Shown here one piece after another: positions 51,501 through 64,000 of a DNA stretch of 64,000 nucleotides. The notes below the pieces were generated by a model. The model had not been told where the DNA came from. It did not search any database and saw only the letters and a program-made list of their open reading frames with translations. Origin of the DNA: Hydrolagus affinis (lineage: Eukaryota). Position 1 is the first letter of the stretch. The number at the start of each line of letters is the position of its first letter. The position numbers and the translations under genes are program-made. The stretch covers positions 1-64,000 of the forward strand of contig JAAILG010000125.1 of the NCBI GenBank assembly GCA_012026655.1. Direction: 5' to 3'.

Positions 51501-54500
51501 ATGAACACATTTGTTCACGTTGGAAATATTTTGCTATACATTGTATGATATTACTACAAGCCGTGAGTGAAGCCTAGGTTTTATTAAAGGCAAAGAGAGC
51601 GAGATTTGACTAAGGACCCCACAGGCCCATTATCCATTCAGTTTAATTAAGCACATAAATTATTTGCTATTCTGAGTATAACTTATTTAACTTGTCAGAG
51701 GCATCATTTGTATCTGATATTCCGCTGCTGTCCATTTGTAACAGAATATTGCCAGCAGCATAACCATTAAAACATTCTGTTGCATTACCCGATTATTATA
51801 ATCCCTCAGTGCTGATAGAATATAGATTTGTGCATGATCTTCTTTCATAAATCCTGAAGAAATATTACCGTAGCCCCAAATTAATCTGGATTTAAGCAGT
51901 TATTAGGATTCAGAAGTTGAAGATGATCAGATGTTAAGTGGATTTTTATAATGAAGGCCTGTTTCAAGCAGGATTATTCCAAATTATCCTGTAAAAATAT
52001 GATCTGCTTATTCAGAGGCTATTAAAATGGTCCATTATTGATCCTCTTTTGAGGTTTTCATCAACAAACTCCAGACAGACTCTCGAGCTCTGGCAGTCAT
52101 TGCTGTGTGCAAATGCAGCACATACTTTCAGCAACATAAATACACCGATTAAATGGAAAAACGATCTCTATTGACTCTTGCAATACAAATGTGGATGAAA
52201 GAAAGGAGATGAGCCATCTCTTTCCATGCAGATCAGAAAAAAAAACTAGTGCTGGATGCAGTCATGTTGATGCAGACCTCAGGAGGTTAACAACATTGCT
52301 ATGATACTTCACGTAGCAATTGCCCCTGACAATTAAAGCCACTGCATGTGATCAGCCTTAATGCACTGTTGTAAAAATGTACAATAGTTCAGGCCATAAT
52401 AAGGAGGAAGGTGCATGTTAATGAGCTTTTAATAGCATATGTGAAAGCATTATTCCTCTCAGACTTGCTTAGCAGTGCTGAGCAGTTAGGGGGGGTTGTG
52501 TGCTACTGGGAGCTCAAGGCAATTGAGCTGTGTGAATGGAAACCCTTCAATTAACACTTATTCTGTGGGCCAAACAGGAACTCTGTACAGTCAGCACAAC
52601 AATTGCAGTGATGGGCACTTTGCAAAATGATATATTATTCTGCATCTTTAGCAGCAGACTGTGCTCAGAAATGTGAGAAACAATTTCAATCACAAAATCA
52701 TTGTGCAGCAGAGACTTTGCTGCTGCCTGGTTTATTGGTTAAACTCTCTTGTTTTAACAACTACATCTTTGTATTCTTTTTCCACATGGCAGTACTACAG
52801 TCTACAGGTTAGCTCTGGCTAATGTTCAACAGAAACGTGTTGTGGATGTAATGTTTGTTTGTACACTGTGGTGGAGGGCAGAGAGAGAGAGAGAGAGATT
52901 AGGATTGCAGCATTAAATCTTGATAAGACTGAAACTGCCCAAGGTCTTCCTGCTGTACAAAAATAATGCTTGTGTTATATTGAAACAAAATAAGAGTAAG
53001 ATGGTCATTGAATCAGAGTTCATGGAAGAGATTCTCCACTGAGTGAAACACCACTCCTGAGCAGGCCAACACACTTCAGCAGAATTGCTCAATAAGGAAT
53101 CCAAGTCACGCAAATGGGGAATCCTTCCAATAACTAACTGGAAGTAGGTCATGTCGACCAGCAGGAACAGAGTTCCCATGACTTGACAGGAATTCTAATA
53201 GGAATACCATTGAGAATTAAACTAGTCCCTTTTTAAAGTGTGCTCAGGTTGTCATGTTTCCATAGAGTGGCATGTCCAAAAAAAAACACATCTCTCGGTG
53301 GACATAGCAACCCTGAAAAAGACAAAAGCCAAAGCATCTCAGGGCTCTGTCTTTGCAACGTGAAATCGTACAAACGTATTGTTCACCGTGACCGGCTGTC
53401 TGCGACACTGCTCCAGCAATGCAGCAAAACCAAACAAATCCACAACCCTCTAAGTTAATGCGCATCTGAGAGTCTCTTATTGCCATTTACTTACGGTGTT
53501 GCATTATCTAACCTTAATTTGTGCTGCATTTGGTTCAGTTAATGGGATGAGTCATGCGTTCCATTAATGTGTAATTGATCAAATTTCATGGTGTAATATA
53601 ATTTCAATATTTATAACGCTTGCTTGTGAATAGAATCACTTTAGAAATGTGCCAAATGCCATCCATTGAGTCTCACTGAAGCATTGGTGATTGGGATAAA
53701 ATTAATGTCTGTATTTTCCCATACCGTCAGTACATTTGAATTAATCATAAACAGGCATAGGCTATAAATCATGTTAAATCAATAGGAGTCGACTGAAAGA
53801 TGAACATTTCTGCATAAAATTTGCTGAATGAAATAAAAATGGAAGAAAAACTTGTGGGCAAAAATTATTACCAAAACCCAAAGGCCAAAAAAAGAATATA
53901 TAATATGCCATAGAGCTTACCACACAGTAAACATCTATACAAAGACAGGACAAAGCAAATCACTTTATAATTTTTTATATTCGCTACTGAACTATACCGT
54001 ATGATCAGACAATCTGAGAGGCTTAATATTCTCACTCAATATAGTCCTGAAAGCTTGAGAAAATAAAACACTCATTGATTAGTTTATAAGTTATGGTATT
54101 TATGACAATTATTCAATAAAAAACAGATATTTGGACAACTCCAGCAGAGTGCAATAATATTTTACTTGTACATTTCACATCAAATAAAACAGTTATACTC
54201 TGCCTACTTTACATACTATCTCATCCCTTTCAGTTTTAAAAAATAAAATCACCAGTCTGGGTCACAGAACCATATGTTAGTGTGTGATAATGTCCAGAAG
54301 AATTAATTATGAAGAAGATCAGAGGCTTTTCTGGAGGATTAATCATGTTTCAGCATGACATATTGAACAGTATACAGTAGGAGGTAAAAGAATGTTACGA
54401 ATCTCTCCGATAAGATCACTTATCTTAACTGCAATATGTTAAATGACCCGTTGTTTAATTATGTTCTAACCCAATAAGGCAGTGTGTCCCATATGCACCT

Positions 54501-54554
54501 TTTCCTTGGTATAATTGACAGTGAGCCCAACCTTAAAATCATTTTACTGACAGC

Positions 54555-54860
54555 AAGAGGCCATTCAAATCAATGTGCTTGTGGTGCCTTGTGAAAATGC
54601 CCTATTTAGTCCCACTTCCCTAACCAGTTTCTCTTTAAACCCTTGGTCAAATTCCCCTTTGAATGCTATTAGAGATGCTGCTTCAACCAATGGTTTTGAT
54701 CACTACCATCTACTACTGAAAATCTCATTCACGTCTTCATCAGCTCTAGGCTTACGCCCGAGTTACAACTCACTGATGAGGAGCAGTAGCTTCTCCCTAT
54801 TAACCTCATCAAAAACCCTCATAAAATTCTTCAGCACCTCTATTAGGCCTTCCCTCAATG
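54555..54860 (-). mobile_element. Old CR1 LINE 3' fragment
   Basis: GAGGCCATTCA; TCCCCTTTGAATGC..GATGCTGCTTCAACCA; CCTCATCAAAAACCCTCATAAAATTCTTCAGCACCTCTATTAGG. Confidence 0.6.
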
Positions 54861-57800
54861 CAGAACTCTTTGTTCCAGCTTTAATATTTGCTAGTCTGCA
54901 GGAAAACATTAGTTAGTATGCATCACCTGAAACCACAGCAGCTATATTCAGATTTGTGCACAGAGAGGTCTAATGTACGGCTGGCGACTCTTTGTTTTTC
55001 CCGGAGGCCTTTGAGCTATTGAAGTTTCAAATTATTTTCCCTGCCACATACAACAAGCACACTACTAGACTTTGAGCGCTTCAACAAAATAATTTCAAGC
55101 CTCTCTCGAAGGTGAATTTCATCCCCTGTAACTGTTAGATATTGTGTTGCTGTATTTATTATTTATTATAGCAGATGGGCTTTATTGAAAGTAATAAAGC
55201 ATTAGATTGCTGATGCCATTGCTGGCTTTTTTTTTCTAAGATCCCATTTTCTTTTCTCTTCCGAACGAACCAGGGAAAAACGGGGAAAAAAAAGTCTGAG
55301 AACTGCTTTGAAAAGAACAATTAAAAAACAAGAGTAACACTTTATTTATTAATAGCGGTCCAGGACATGACATTAGTTAGTGTGTAATTTCCTGTGCATC
55401 ATGGCAACCCCCATAGAGCCTGTTTTCTGTGTTTAAAATAATGATCACATGGTGAAGTCGAGACAAGTGCTTAATAGACTAATAATTAACTAGTGTTGGC
55501 AATTTTCATTTTCAATCCTCCAGGACAATGTGGGATGTGATGAAGGAAAATGAATCAATCCACGTTTTTAAAACTTTGTCGGCTCCTTCCCACTGTTGCA
55601 CTGGTTTTAACAAGGTTCAGAAGACTGTGGGTATTTTACTACTCTACAGTGGGTGGCGCTCTTACCACAAATGAATGATGTGCACCAACACGCACAACGG
55701 GCCTCTCGTCCAGCTCCCGCCCCTGCATATCTGGGAATGTCCTGATTTAGAGATCAGTTCCCATTAGCTTAGTGAGTTGGCGAAAGACATTTTCAGTGGT
55801 TGGGGGGTTGACGGGACGGTGAGGAAATGACACAGGGTTTGGCTTCGCTTGTGAGAGTTATTGTCTGCAGTTGGGTGATGATAGGGTGAGAGAGTCCAGC
55901 AGGTTGTGAGCCAATGTTCTTCGCAGCCAGATGAGCAAATCAACGTTCCCTGGACTGACATGATAAAAGGATACCTTCAACTGACTGAATCTTTTTGCAA
56001 AACTATTCTGATCTTACTACTTAACTCATCAGCCATCACTGGTGGACATTTGCATCTCAATTATACAGTACCTCCGAGATCTGAATTCAACTGAAATTAC
56101 CTCCAAACGTGTAACATAATCACCCAGTGTCACTCCTGAACTTGTGGTTGCAAAATGGTTTCTGGGTTAATAATACATCTGCCATTAAAATTGAAAACAT
56201 TCTAGTGATACCAGGGTAGATATTCTTTCATTTAAGGATATAGATATAAGGAACCCTGGACATCTACTTAAGATGCACTAGAAGCAAGGATAACTGAGGT
56301 ATTAGGTGAAGTGTATGTGATTCACTTATTTTCTTACTAGTCCTTTTCAATTATATTATCCTGCCAGACCCTGTTCTCTGAGTATCCTCATTCCTTTTGC
56401 TGGTATCTGTCTCAGTGTCTGGTAACCCCTGGTGTTCATTTCAGTATTACATATCCTAGCCACAGCAATCTCCTTTTTTTGTGATTACCTTCTATCCTCT
56501 GCACTACTTCTTTTGTCTTGTCAGTGTTAGTGACAAGCAGATTCCATCTCGCTTCTAATACTTTATGCAGCAACAGTAGAAACTGTGGCTATCACCTTTG
56601 GAGAAGACATCTTCCAAGAATTTGTATTGCAAGGATTTGTGTCATGAAACTTCAAAGGATAATGACATTTTCTCACACAGTATACCAAAACTTTCAGAAG
56701 AAGCTTCAGCTCCATGCTAAGATCTGATCTGTTTTGCTGCTATGTTTAGGACACAAATATTTAGTAGTATTTCCTCTAGTGAGCTGAACCAACATAGGAA
56801 TTGGTCATCCACTAGTGTTACTGTTGACCTCAAGTTGAAAGATTACGCAAATATTATGCAAAAGATGAGCCCTTAGCTTGGGATTTAATACAATGTCATT
56901 GGAATTGTTGATTCCAAATTATAAATAAGAGCCTGTGTTCATGTTTGATTGCTTTCCAGTGACTGCTGTAGCAAAGTGTCCATAGCAGTCAACAAATGGA
57001 TGTCAGATAGACAGAATCAGGATCTTGATGCCCCTTGGATCTGCCAGCACTGAATCTAATTCACACATGAACAATGACTAATTTGGGCATGATAATACCA
57101 GAGGGTAGCCTGGCACCAGAGAATCTAGCCAGAAACAGCATCTTCACCAACAATAGGAAAAATTGGAGCAATAGGAAAAATGTTGTAAAAAAATCTGAAG
57201 GCTTTCTGTCTATTACCATTTCACCTGTGTGTAAACCACCAAACTTCATATATATTGAGTAATTGGCATTATTAATGATCCTTTGTCTTTTAAAAAGCTT
57301 GTTTCGGGATGGAAATTAAAAAAAAAATTTAACATGCTAAAACAAGTTTTGATCTAAATGGATTTTAGAATGATTTCCCCGACTGGCTTCCCTGCTTGTG
57401 AATGTTAGTTCTTTACTACTCTCTGCTCATCCCCAACCTGAAAATCAATAGGCAACTGAGTGACAGCGGCTGTAAAGAGACAAGCTGCCTGCACATTCCA
57501 GGTTGAAAGTGTCATAAGAACCAATGCTGTTGAACAGCGTGAGTAGCTAGTATTCCCTTCGATTGTATGGGAGAATTATTATACGTCCTTGCTTTTAAAA
57601 TAAAGACCTCAGGTATTGGTAGTTCCTAAAGTTCCACAGACTCAACTAAGTCTTAGGCTTTTGCCTTTGAAATTTAAGATTGTGCAGAACTGTGCAAACA
57701 TTTTTAAATGTGGAAGTCGGTTTTCCACAGATCTTCGAAACAATCAGCTCCCAAAGGAAGACTGGTATTAAGTATTTTCTTATGGCTTTGAAATGTTAGA

Positions 57801-60469
57801 CAAAATGGTCTTACAGGCCCAGACTAGGTGGAATTTCACTTTGTCTTAGCCTCCAAGACTGAGCTTTATAGTGTTTCCTCCTCTCAGGCAAGATGGTGAG
57901 ATTGTCCACAATGTGCTATAGAGCCGAGCGGGCACACCACAATAATAAAATAGAATTTATTGGGAAAAGGTAAGGTAAAATAGCTTCCCCTCCAAAAATA
58001 ACCAGTCATTGGGGAAAAGCAAACTGCTAGGATAAGCCAAATGACCTAGAGTTAGACAAGGTGTACAGTGAAGTGTTTATTCGTTAAAATGCAATAAGCC
58101 TTTGTAAATCATTTATACATTTGTCCCCAAGCAATTTTAGAATAATTTCCATTAATAAAACAGATTTTTTCGTTGGAAGCAAATGTCCTACAGGAAAAAA
58201 CTACAAACCAAAGCTGCATGGGGTTGAAACCTACCTGGGGGGGGGGGAGAAATTTGAGGAGTTTGTTTAAGGATATTTTTGTTCTGAGGGGGATGAAAGA
58301 ACATAATTGTTTTGTGCCACTGTTAATACGAAAATTCCCTCCTGTCTAAGTTAATCAGGATTAATTTCTTCTCCAGCTAAAGAGAATCAACCACCACATA
58401 GTCGCACTCATATGTCACAAACTGGGAGCTAAAACATTCTTGTTTTGAACGCGTGAACAAGAATGTTAAAATTCTTGTTGGACCATTCAGAAAACAAACT
58501 CGTCCCAAACCACGACAGCGGTCAGCTCTTTGTCTAACGCAATCCTTTCAATGGAAGTCCTACAGCTTATTCACAAAAAAACTGATACAAAGAGTTAAAA
58601 GCTCTTGTTTTTTTTCATTTGCCTGATCCCCCCAATATTTGAGTACGGATGAGATCACTGCCAATACACATTACCAGTGATACAGGGGAAACTGGCTCAC
58701 AAGAGTCACTGAGCCTGACACTGTCAGAAAGCTGAATTAACATAATTAGTTGAAATGACGTGATCACTGAAGCTCACTGGGTTAATGACTGCATCTATTG
58801 ATATATCTGTAATCGGTTGATTCTTAAAAGGGGTGCAGATGGTGAGCCTCTCTCTCTCTTTAATACAATGCTTCAATTAATCTAATATTATACTCTATAC
58901 CAGGCCAGCAATACCCAGTACCGTTGTATATCGTTGCATTTTCCATTACTGGGGAGCACGCAATGATATGACTTATTCAGACAGATATGGCAGGGCAGGG
59001 ATGGAAGAGCTCTGCATAGGGAGCTGGAAAATCACACTCAGAAAGCAATTCACCAGCCGATTCGTGCCCTAATTGTATTTTCTAAAGGGAATGAGGGGAA
59101 AGGAGATGAGCTGACTATCTTAAACTTACAGGGTCAAATAAATTTTAAGGAAAGGAAACAAAATGCAGGCTTTGTGCAGTCAAGAAACCAAACTGACACA
59201 AGACTACCATTTTGGGGTGTGCTGGTTTACTCTGGCACTATCAGGATTAGGCTGACGGAAGGAGGATTGCAATACACTCTCACAGTAATGTTACGCTACA
59301 GTTGCATTCCAAGAATATCCAGGATCAGTTGACGCCTGGATCCCAAGTCTATAATCACTTGTAACTGCATTAAAGTTGGTTCCCGGTTTCTCAGTATGGT
59401 GGTGGATAAGTAGAGATAGACTCATCTATAACTTCAGACTTCCTTTCACCTGAAAGTCCTTTTTACCTCTGAATTGCTCATCAGATTTTATAAGATCTGT
59501 GAAGCGGTTAAACATTTCCTCCCAAAGTGAGAGAAAACAAATCAAATATTGGTTATCACCATTGTCATCTGTGTCCTAGCCTAATTCCTCACCTCCAACA
59601 TATGAGCATTTAAATAATGTTTTTGTTTATCCAGGATGGGGAGTGGGGGCAGGAGGTGTAGGAATGGAAGGAGTCACAGGCACAAAATAGCATTTGATGG
59701 AGATTATTCAACATTATGCTGTTGGACAGCCTGTGTCAGAAAACTGAATTATAAGGCCACCTATAAATCTTCTATTTTGCACAATATGAATATCCGTTTT
59801 GATATAGTCTCACAATGCATCCATTTTATTCCGCTCAATAAAACACTCACATGAAAATCATCTGCAAACAGTAAACACAGACACAATTTATACAAATGTG
59901 TCACATGCAGACCCATAACCCTCCGATTCAGAATGCATGGATTATAGGCATAATAGAACAATAACAGTCGTTGGGAAATAGATCTTCAGCAGATAATGTG
60001 TGCCTTATTCTGTGAATTTAATCATATGACACAGTAATAAAAATTCAGAAATGATTCTTTGTATAAATTTGTATTTTAGAACTCAAGTTAATTAATACCA
60101 GCCAGTGTTGATATTTGATATCAGTTTTGGACTATTTTTCTTTTCAGTTATCTTTGCTTGACTTAGATTAATGCCAAATATAAAAAGTACTGACAAACTC
60201 ACTAATCATTCTGTAAATTAGTACTAATGCCATAGCATTGAACAAACACAGAACTGCAGACTGCAAAATGTAACGTTGGAACATCCCAATATATAAAGAC
60301 CTCCAGGGCTTCCCATTCCTCAACTATTGACTCAGCCCACAGGTCAGATTCCACGTTTGCCAGTCGCACCCAGCTTTACCGCCTCAACTCCAGAATTATT
60401 GTTTCTCCTGTTTTTGGTGACTTTGGGAGGACTGGATTTACTGCAAGTTATGTACATTCAACTGTATTT

Positions 60470-60710
60470 TGTCAGCAATCACTCTGACCAATTTGCACAC
60501 GGCAATGTTCCATGATGTGAATGATCACTTTTATCTGGGGATTCGTTGATGAAGGCACCAGGAGAAAGTACCTTCTCTTTTTGAATATTGTCACGGGATG
60601 TTTAACATGTGCCAGAATAAGCAGATGGGACTGTAGTTTAACGTCGCATCTGAGAGACGGCATCTCCAACAACAGCGCAAACACCCAGCACTGCACAATC
60701 AGCCTTGATC
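60470..60710 (-). mobile_element. Deu-domain SINE
   Basis: GGGATGTTTAACATGT..GTTTAACGTCGCATCTGAGAGACGGCATCTCCAACAACAGCGCA is the reverse complement of the core. Confidence 0.7.
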
Positions 60711-62327
60711 AAACATACCGCCAATTCATTATGAAGTGACATTTGCTTGAATCACTGAATGCAAAAGAACCCAAAAGAAAATCAGACAAGTGGCTACATT
60801 GGTTTGTTGACTTATGTGAAAAAGAAGAAAAACAGCCCTTGCCTTGGGCGACCCAGGTAGTTCCACATGAAATCACAACCCTAAAGTACTTGCAGAAAAA
60901 CGCAGATAAGCACATGAAGGATTTTTAGGAATCCTTTGCCAAACTGCATGTTCAGATCAACTCAGCACAGCATTTGAACCTGCAACACTGGTCTAGTAAT
61001 GCACTTTTATCCACTACACCATCGGCAGAATCTGTACCTTGTTTGTTTTGTTGCACGCCATGTAATGTGAATAATAAGGAACAGCTTTCAAATTCACTAA
61101 AATGTTTCCTCATTTCCACAGAAAAATTATACATACCCATTCAGTGCTGGGAAATGGTTAAGTCTGTAGGTTTTCAAAATACACGTGGCACCCAACTCAA
61201 TACTAGGTTCTATTTATGTATAAGATCCTAAGCCAGTGGAAATACCATACTCTGAGCTCTTTAAAAACACTCTATAACTGTCCTATTATTATAAATACAA
61301 AAACAGCATTTTTCAATTAAATGTCTTCACAATACGGTGCATTTTGCATGAAGTATATACTCCTGATAAGCAAACACACAATTTAGAAAATCAGTTGTAC
61401 ATTTAACAAGAATGCACTGTACCACAAAACCCAATATCCCAACTTAAAAAAGATTTTGTATCCATACAAGCGTTATCTGAGATCTCCCAGAGGGCCAGCT
61501 ACCCCATGCATGTCCCCATACATTAACAATGTCTGTGGACCCATAATGAACACATTTAAAAGTATCTAGCGGTTGTATTCAACTTGATGTATTGTAATTA
61601 ATTGTACTACAAATGAAGAAATTAGTAGAAAATAGCTTGCAGCAACTTTCTTCCCTATTGAAAGAATTTAATTAGTTGTTTGCAATTTATCTTCCCATCT
61701 GAGTGTTTCAAATGATTACCATTAGTTCAAGCTATGAATCTTGTGAAGCATGGCAGGACCGAAGAGTGAATTTCCATTTTTCTATCTAAATAAAAACCAT
61801 GCATATGTTGGTTAATATACTAGCATTGAACCACATGTCTCAATTAGTGATTTATCTTCATGTTACCAATGTTAAAAAGTCTTCACTTAACGTTTTGAAA
61901 TGAACACTTTAGAGATTAAAGACTTTGAATTTTTTGGTTTCTATTTCTTGCTGGAAAAAGTTTTTTTTAAATTTTTAAAACACACAACTTTAGTCAGTGA
62001 GCCACTTAGTAAATCATATTGATTGCATTCACCTACAATATACACAGTCACTACACTTTACAGCATGCGCTGTGATGCATCCTTGAGATGTCCTGCTGAT
62101 GTAAAACACACTATATCAAGTTAAGGATTTTTTTTATTTGCGTTTTATGTATTGGATCTACATGGAGCTGTTGCTGACATTTAACACATTTCCCGCACTA
62201 AGATAACATACTCTTTGTGGAAACAGACCAGTATTTGAAGAGAATTCAAACAGTTAAAGACAAAATGTTAAAGCTGGATTAAAGTTAACGGTTGATCACA
62301 TATGCTATACTTATTTTTCCACCGCCC

Positions 62328-62728
62328 CAAGCCAGTCAGGAACCTAGGTGTCTTGTTTGATCCTCAACTGTCTTTCCTCCCCACATCCAAGCCATCCTAA
62401 CCCCCCTACCAATCTACCTGCTCCCTCCGCTCAGCAGGTTCCAGCCTACTTCATGTCGCCTAACACACCTGCCCCACCCATCGGCGGGTGAGCCTTCTGC
62501 CCCTAACCTCTGAAATTCCATCCTGCCGTCCCTCCGCTTCATCCCCTCCCTAGCCTCATTCACGGTCCGCCTCAAGACAATCCTCTTCAATGGTGTCATC
62601 GATCACCCGAAATCCCCTTCTTTCCCTCCACCCTCCCCAATTTCAATCCCAGCTCGGGTCTGAAACATTGTGCCTTGGGACATCCTCCTGACGTGAAAGG
62701 CACCATACAAATGTAATTTTGTTGTTTT
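62328..62728 (+). mobile_element. L2-clade LINE fragment with internal deletion and 3' end
   Basis: NLGVLFDPQLSFL ORF2 motif at 62341; tail GCCTTGGGACATCCTCCTGACGTGAAAGGCACCATACAAATGTAATTTTGTTGTT. Confidence 0.85.
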
Positions 62729-63884
62729 TTGAAAAATCTGGAAAAAGTGGCCAATGTATCTTGTGGGAAACAATGTATCCCCATTAGCACAAAAAATAAT
62801 TTCTGGCTCTTAAAATATCCAAATCTTTCAAAGATTCTGAAAATATTTAAATCGGTGGATATTACTCTAAACTGAAAGCAACGTTTCAGGGCAAAGCGTA
62901 ATTTCAGCTTTGCCTTGGCTGAGCTGCCACGATGGTTCTTGTTGGGACCAATGTACTGAGATCATTTGAAGTATTCTTGCCCTGGAAGAAGAGGGCTAGA
63001 AGGGAAACACTATCCATCAGGTTGGCTTGCCTGATTTGGGCCTCCTCAATATCACCCATGTACACATTATATATGGTGACAGGCCTAATCAGAGTGACTG
63101 AATTTAGTTTCTTGTCATGTGCTTGAGTAGTATATCTTGAATAGTGATCCTGTACTTAGCATTTAGTGAAGCTTTGGCCACTTTGCATTTGGCAAAATCA
63201 CCTGAAAAAATCCTTCTACTGAGCTACAACAGGATTATTTGGGGGACAAAGCAAGAGGAAACGTGGGAGTCTTTTATACTGGATGACAAGTTTCTATTCC
63301 AGGCATTTTGGAATAGGTTCTATTCCAGGTATTTTGATGAGCTGAAATTTTTTTTTACCAAAAGCACATAAAATTTATAAGCTTTGCAGCAGTTTCCTTG
63401 TCAATTTCAACAGAGTAAACAGCACCGTTTTAATATAATGTCTATAGCTGCTGCTGCATAATATCTACATGTCTAAAAGGTTCATTAGTAATCAAAAAGG
63501 AACTCAGGTGCAAGACTTATGTCACTGAAATATCAATATGAATAAAAATGTCTGTTTGCTTTCTAATTCTGATGTGTCCTCCTAACCATGCAAGTCTCAA
63601 TGTTTGGGTTTTGCAGCAGATACAAATCAACAGGTAGCTCAGGTGTCGGAATAAAATCGGACGCAAGCTCCTATAAGTGTACTTACTCAGTTTCTTCATT
63701 TCACATTTTCTTATTAGAGGACCTGCACATAGTTTCTAGATACTCCAGTTTATTTCTCATCAACACTGCAGTTTATTCCTGCAACAACACTAATAGGTTC
63801 TTTTAAAAACAAATGCACATATCCAGAGATCCCTATAGTGGTGTGGATCAAGAAGTGTCTTATTTCGCCCAAAAAGTATACAGG

Positions 63885-63975
63885 TTTACCATACAGTGTA
63901 TCATGTGAAGCGTTTTGTGATGTCTTGAAGATGTGATAAGGTACTATACCAAATGCAAGGATTATTATCATTATT
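63885..63975 (+). mobile_element. SINE/LINE 3' tail
   Basis: TGTGAAGCGTTTTGTGATGTCTTGAAGATGTGATAAGGTACTATACCAAATGCAAGGATTATTATCATT. Confidence 0.75.
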
Positions 63976-64000
63976 ACTTGAACTCATCCTTGCAAAATAC

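Noticed and set aside
60743-60928. Charged, protein-like 61-aa ORF
   Set aside because: Non-ATG start, no recognisable family, no clear splice sites, adjacent to a SINE.

Overview
AT-rich vertebrate genomic DNA. The repeat content (Deu-domain SINEs, CR1 and L2 LINE ends, a Penelope-type fragment, hAT and Tc1/mariner MITEs) points to a cartilaginous fish; this assignment is an inference. Bases 1-16,087 hold the 3' part of the deubiquitinase gene CYLD on the + strand: 11 coding exons (3668-16087), all GT-AG and phase-consistent. They encode the Ser-rich region, the third CAP-Gly domain, and the USP domain with an intact Cys/His/Asp triad and B-box. The 5' exons lie outside the window. A probable long 3' UTR follows, then about 45 kb with no recognisable host coding exon, as expected for the CYLD-SALL1 gene desert, with repeat-poor blocks that look like conserved non-coding elements. 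I found no clear new multi-gene system. The best leads are: (i) an inverted MITE pair flanking an in-frame 537-nt two-exon block (candidate circRNA or CAP-Gly3 skipping); (ii) two candidate poison cassette exons; (iii) apparent absence of the TRAF2-binding PVQES motif; (iv) CTCF-like sites and an ISRE/kB/E-box cluster just 3' of CYLD. Human residue numbers, exon lengths and repeat consensus sequences are quoted from memory. Repeat boundaries are approximate unless TIRs or TSDs are given.
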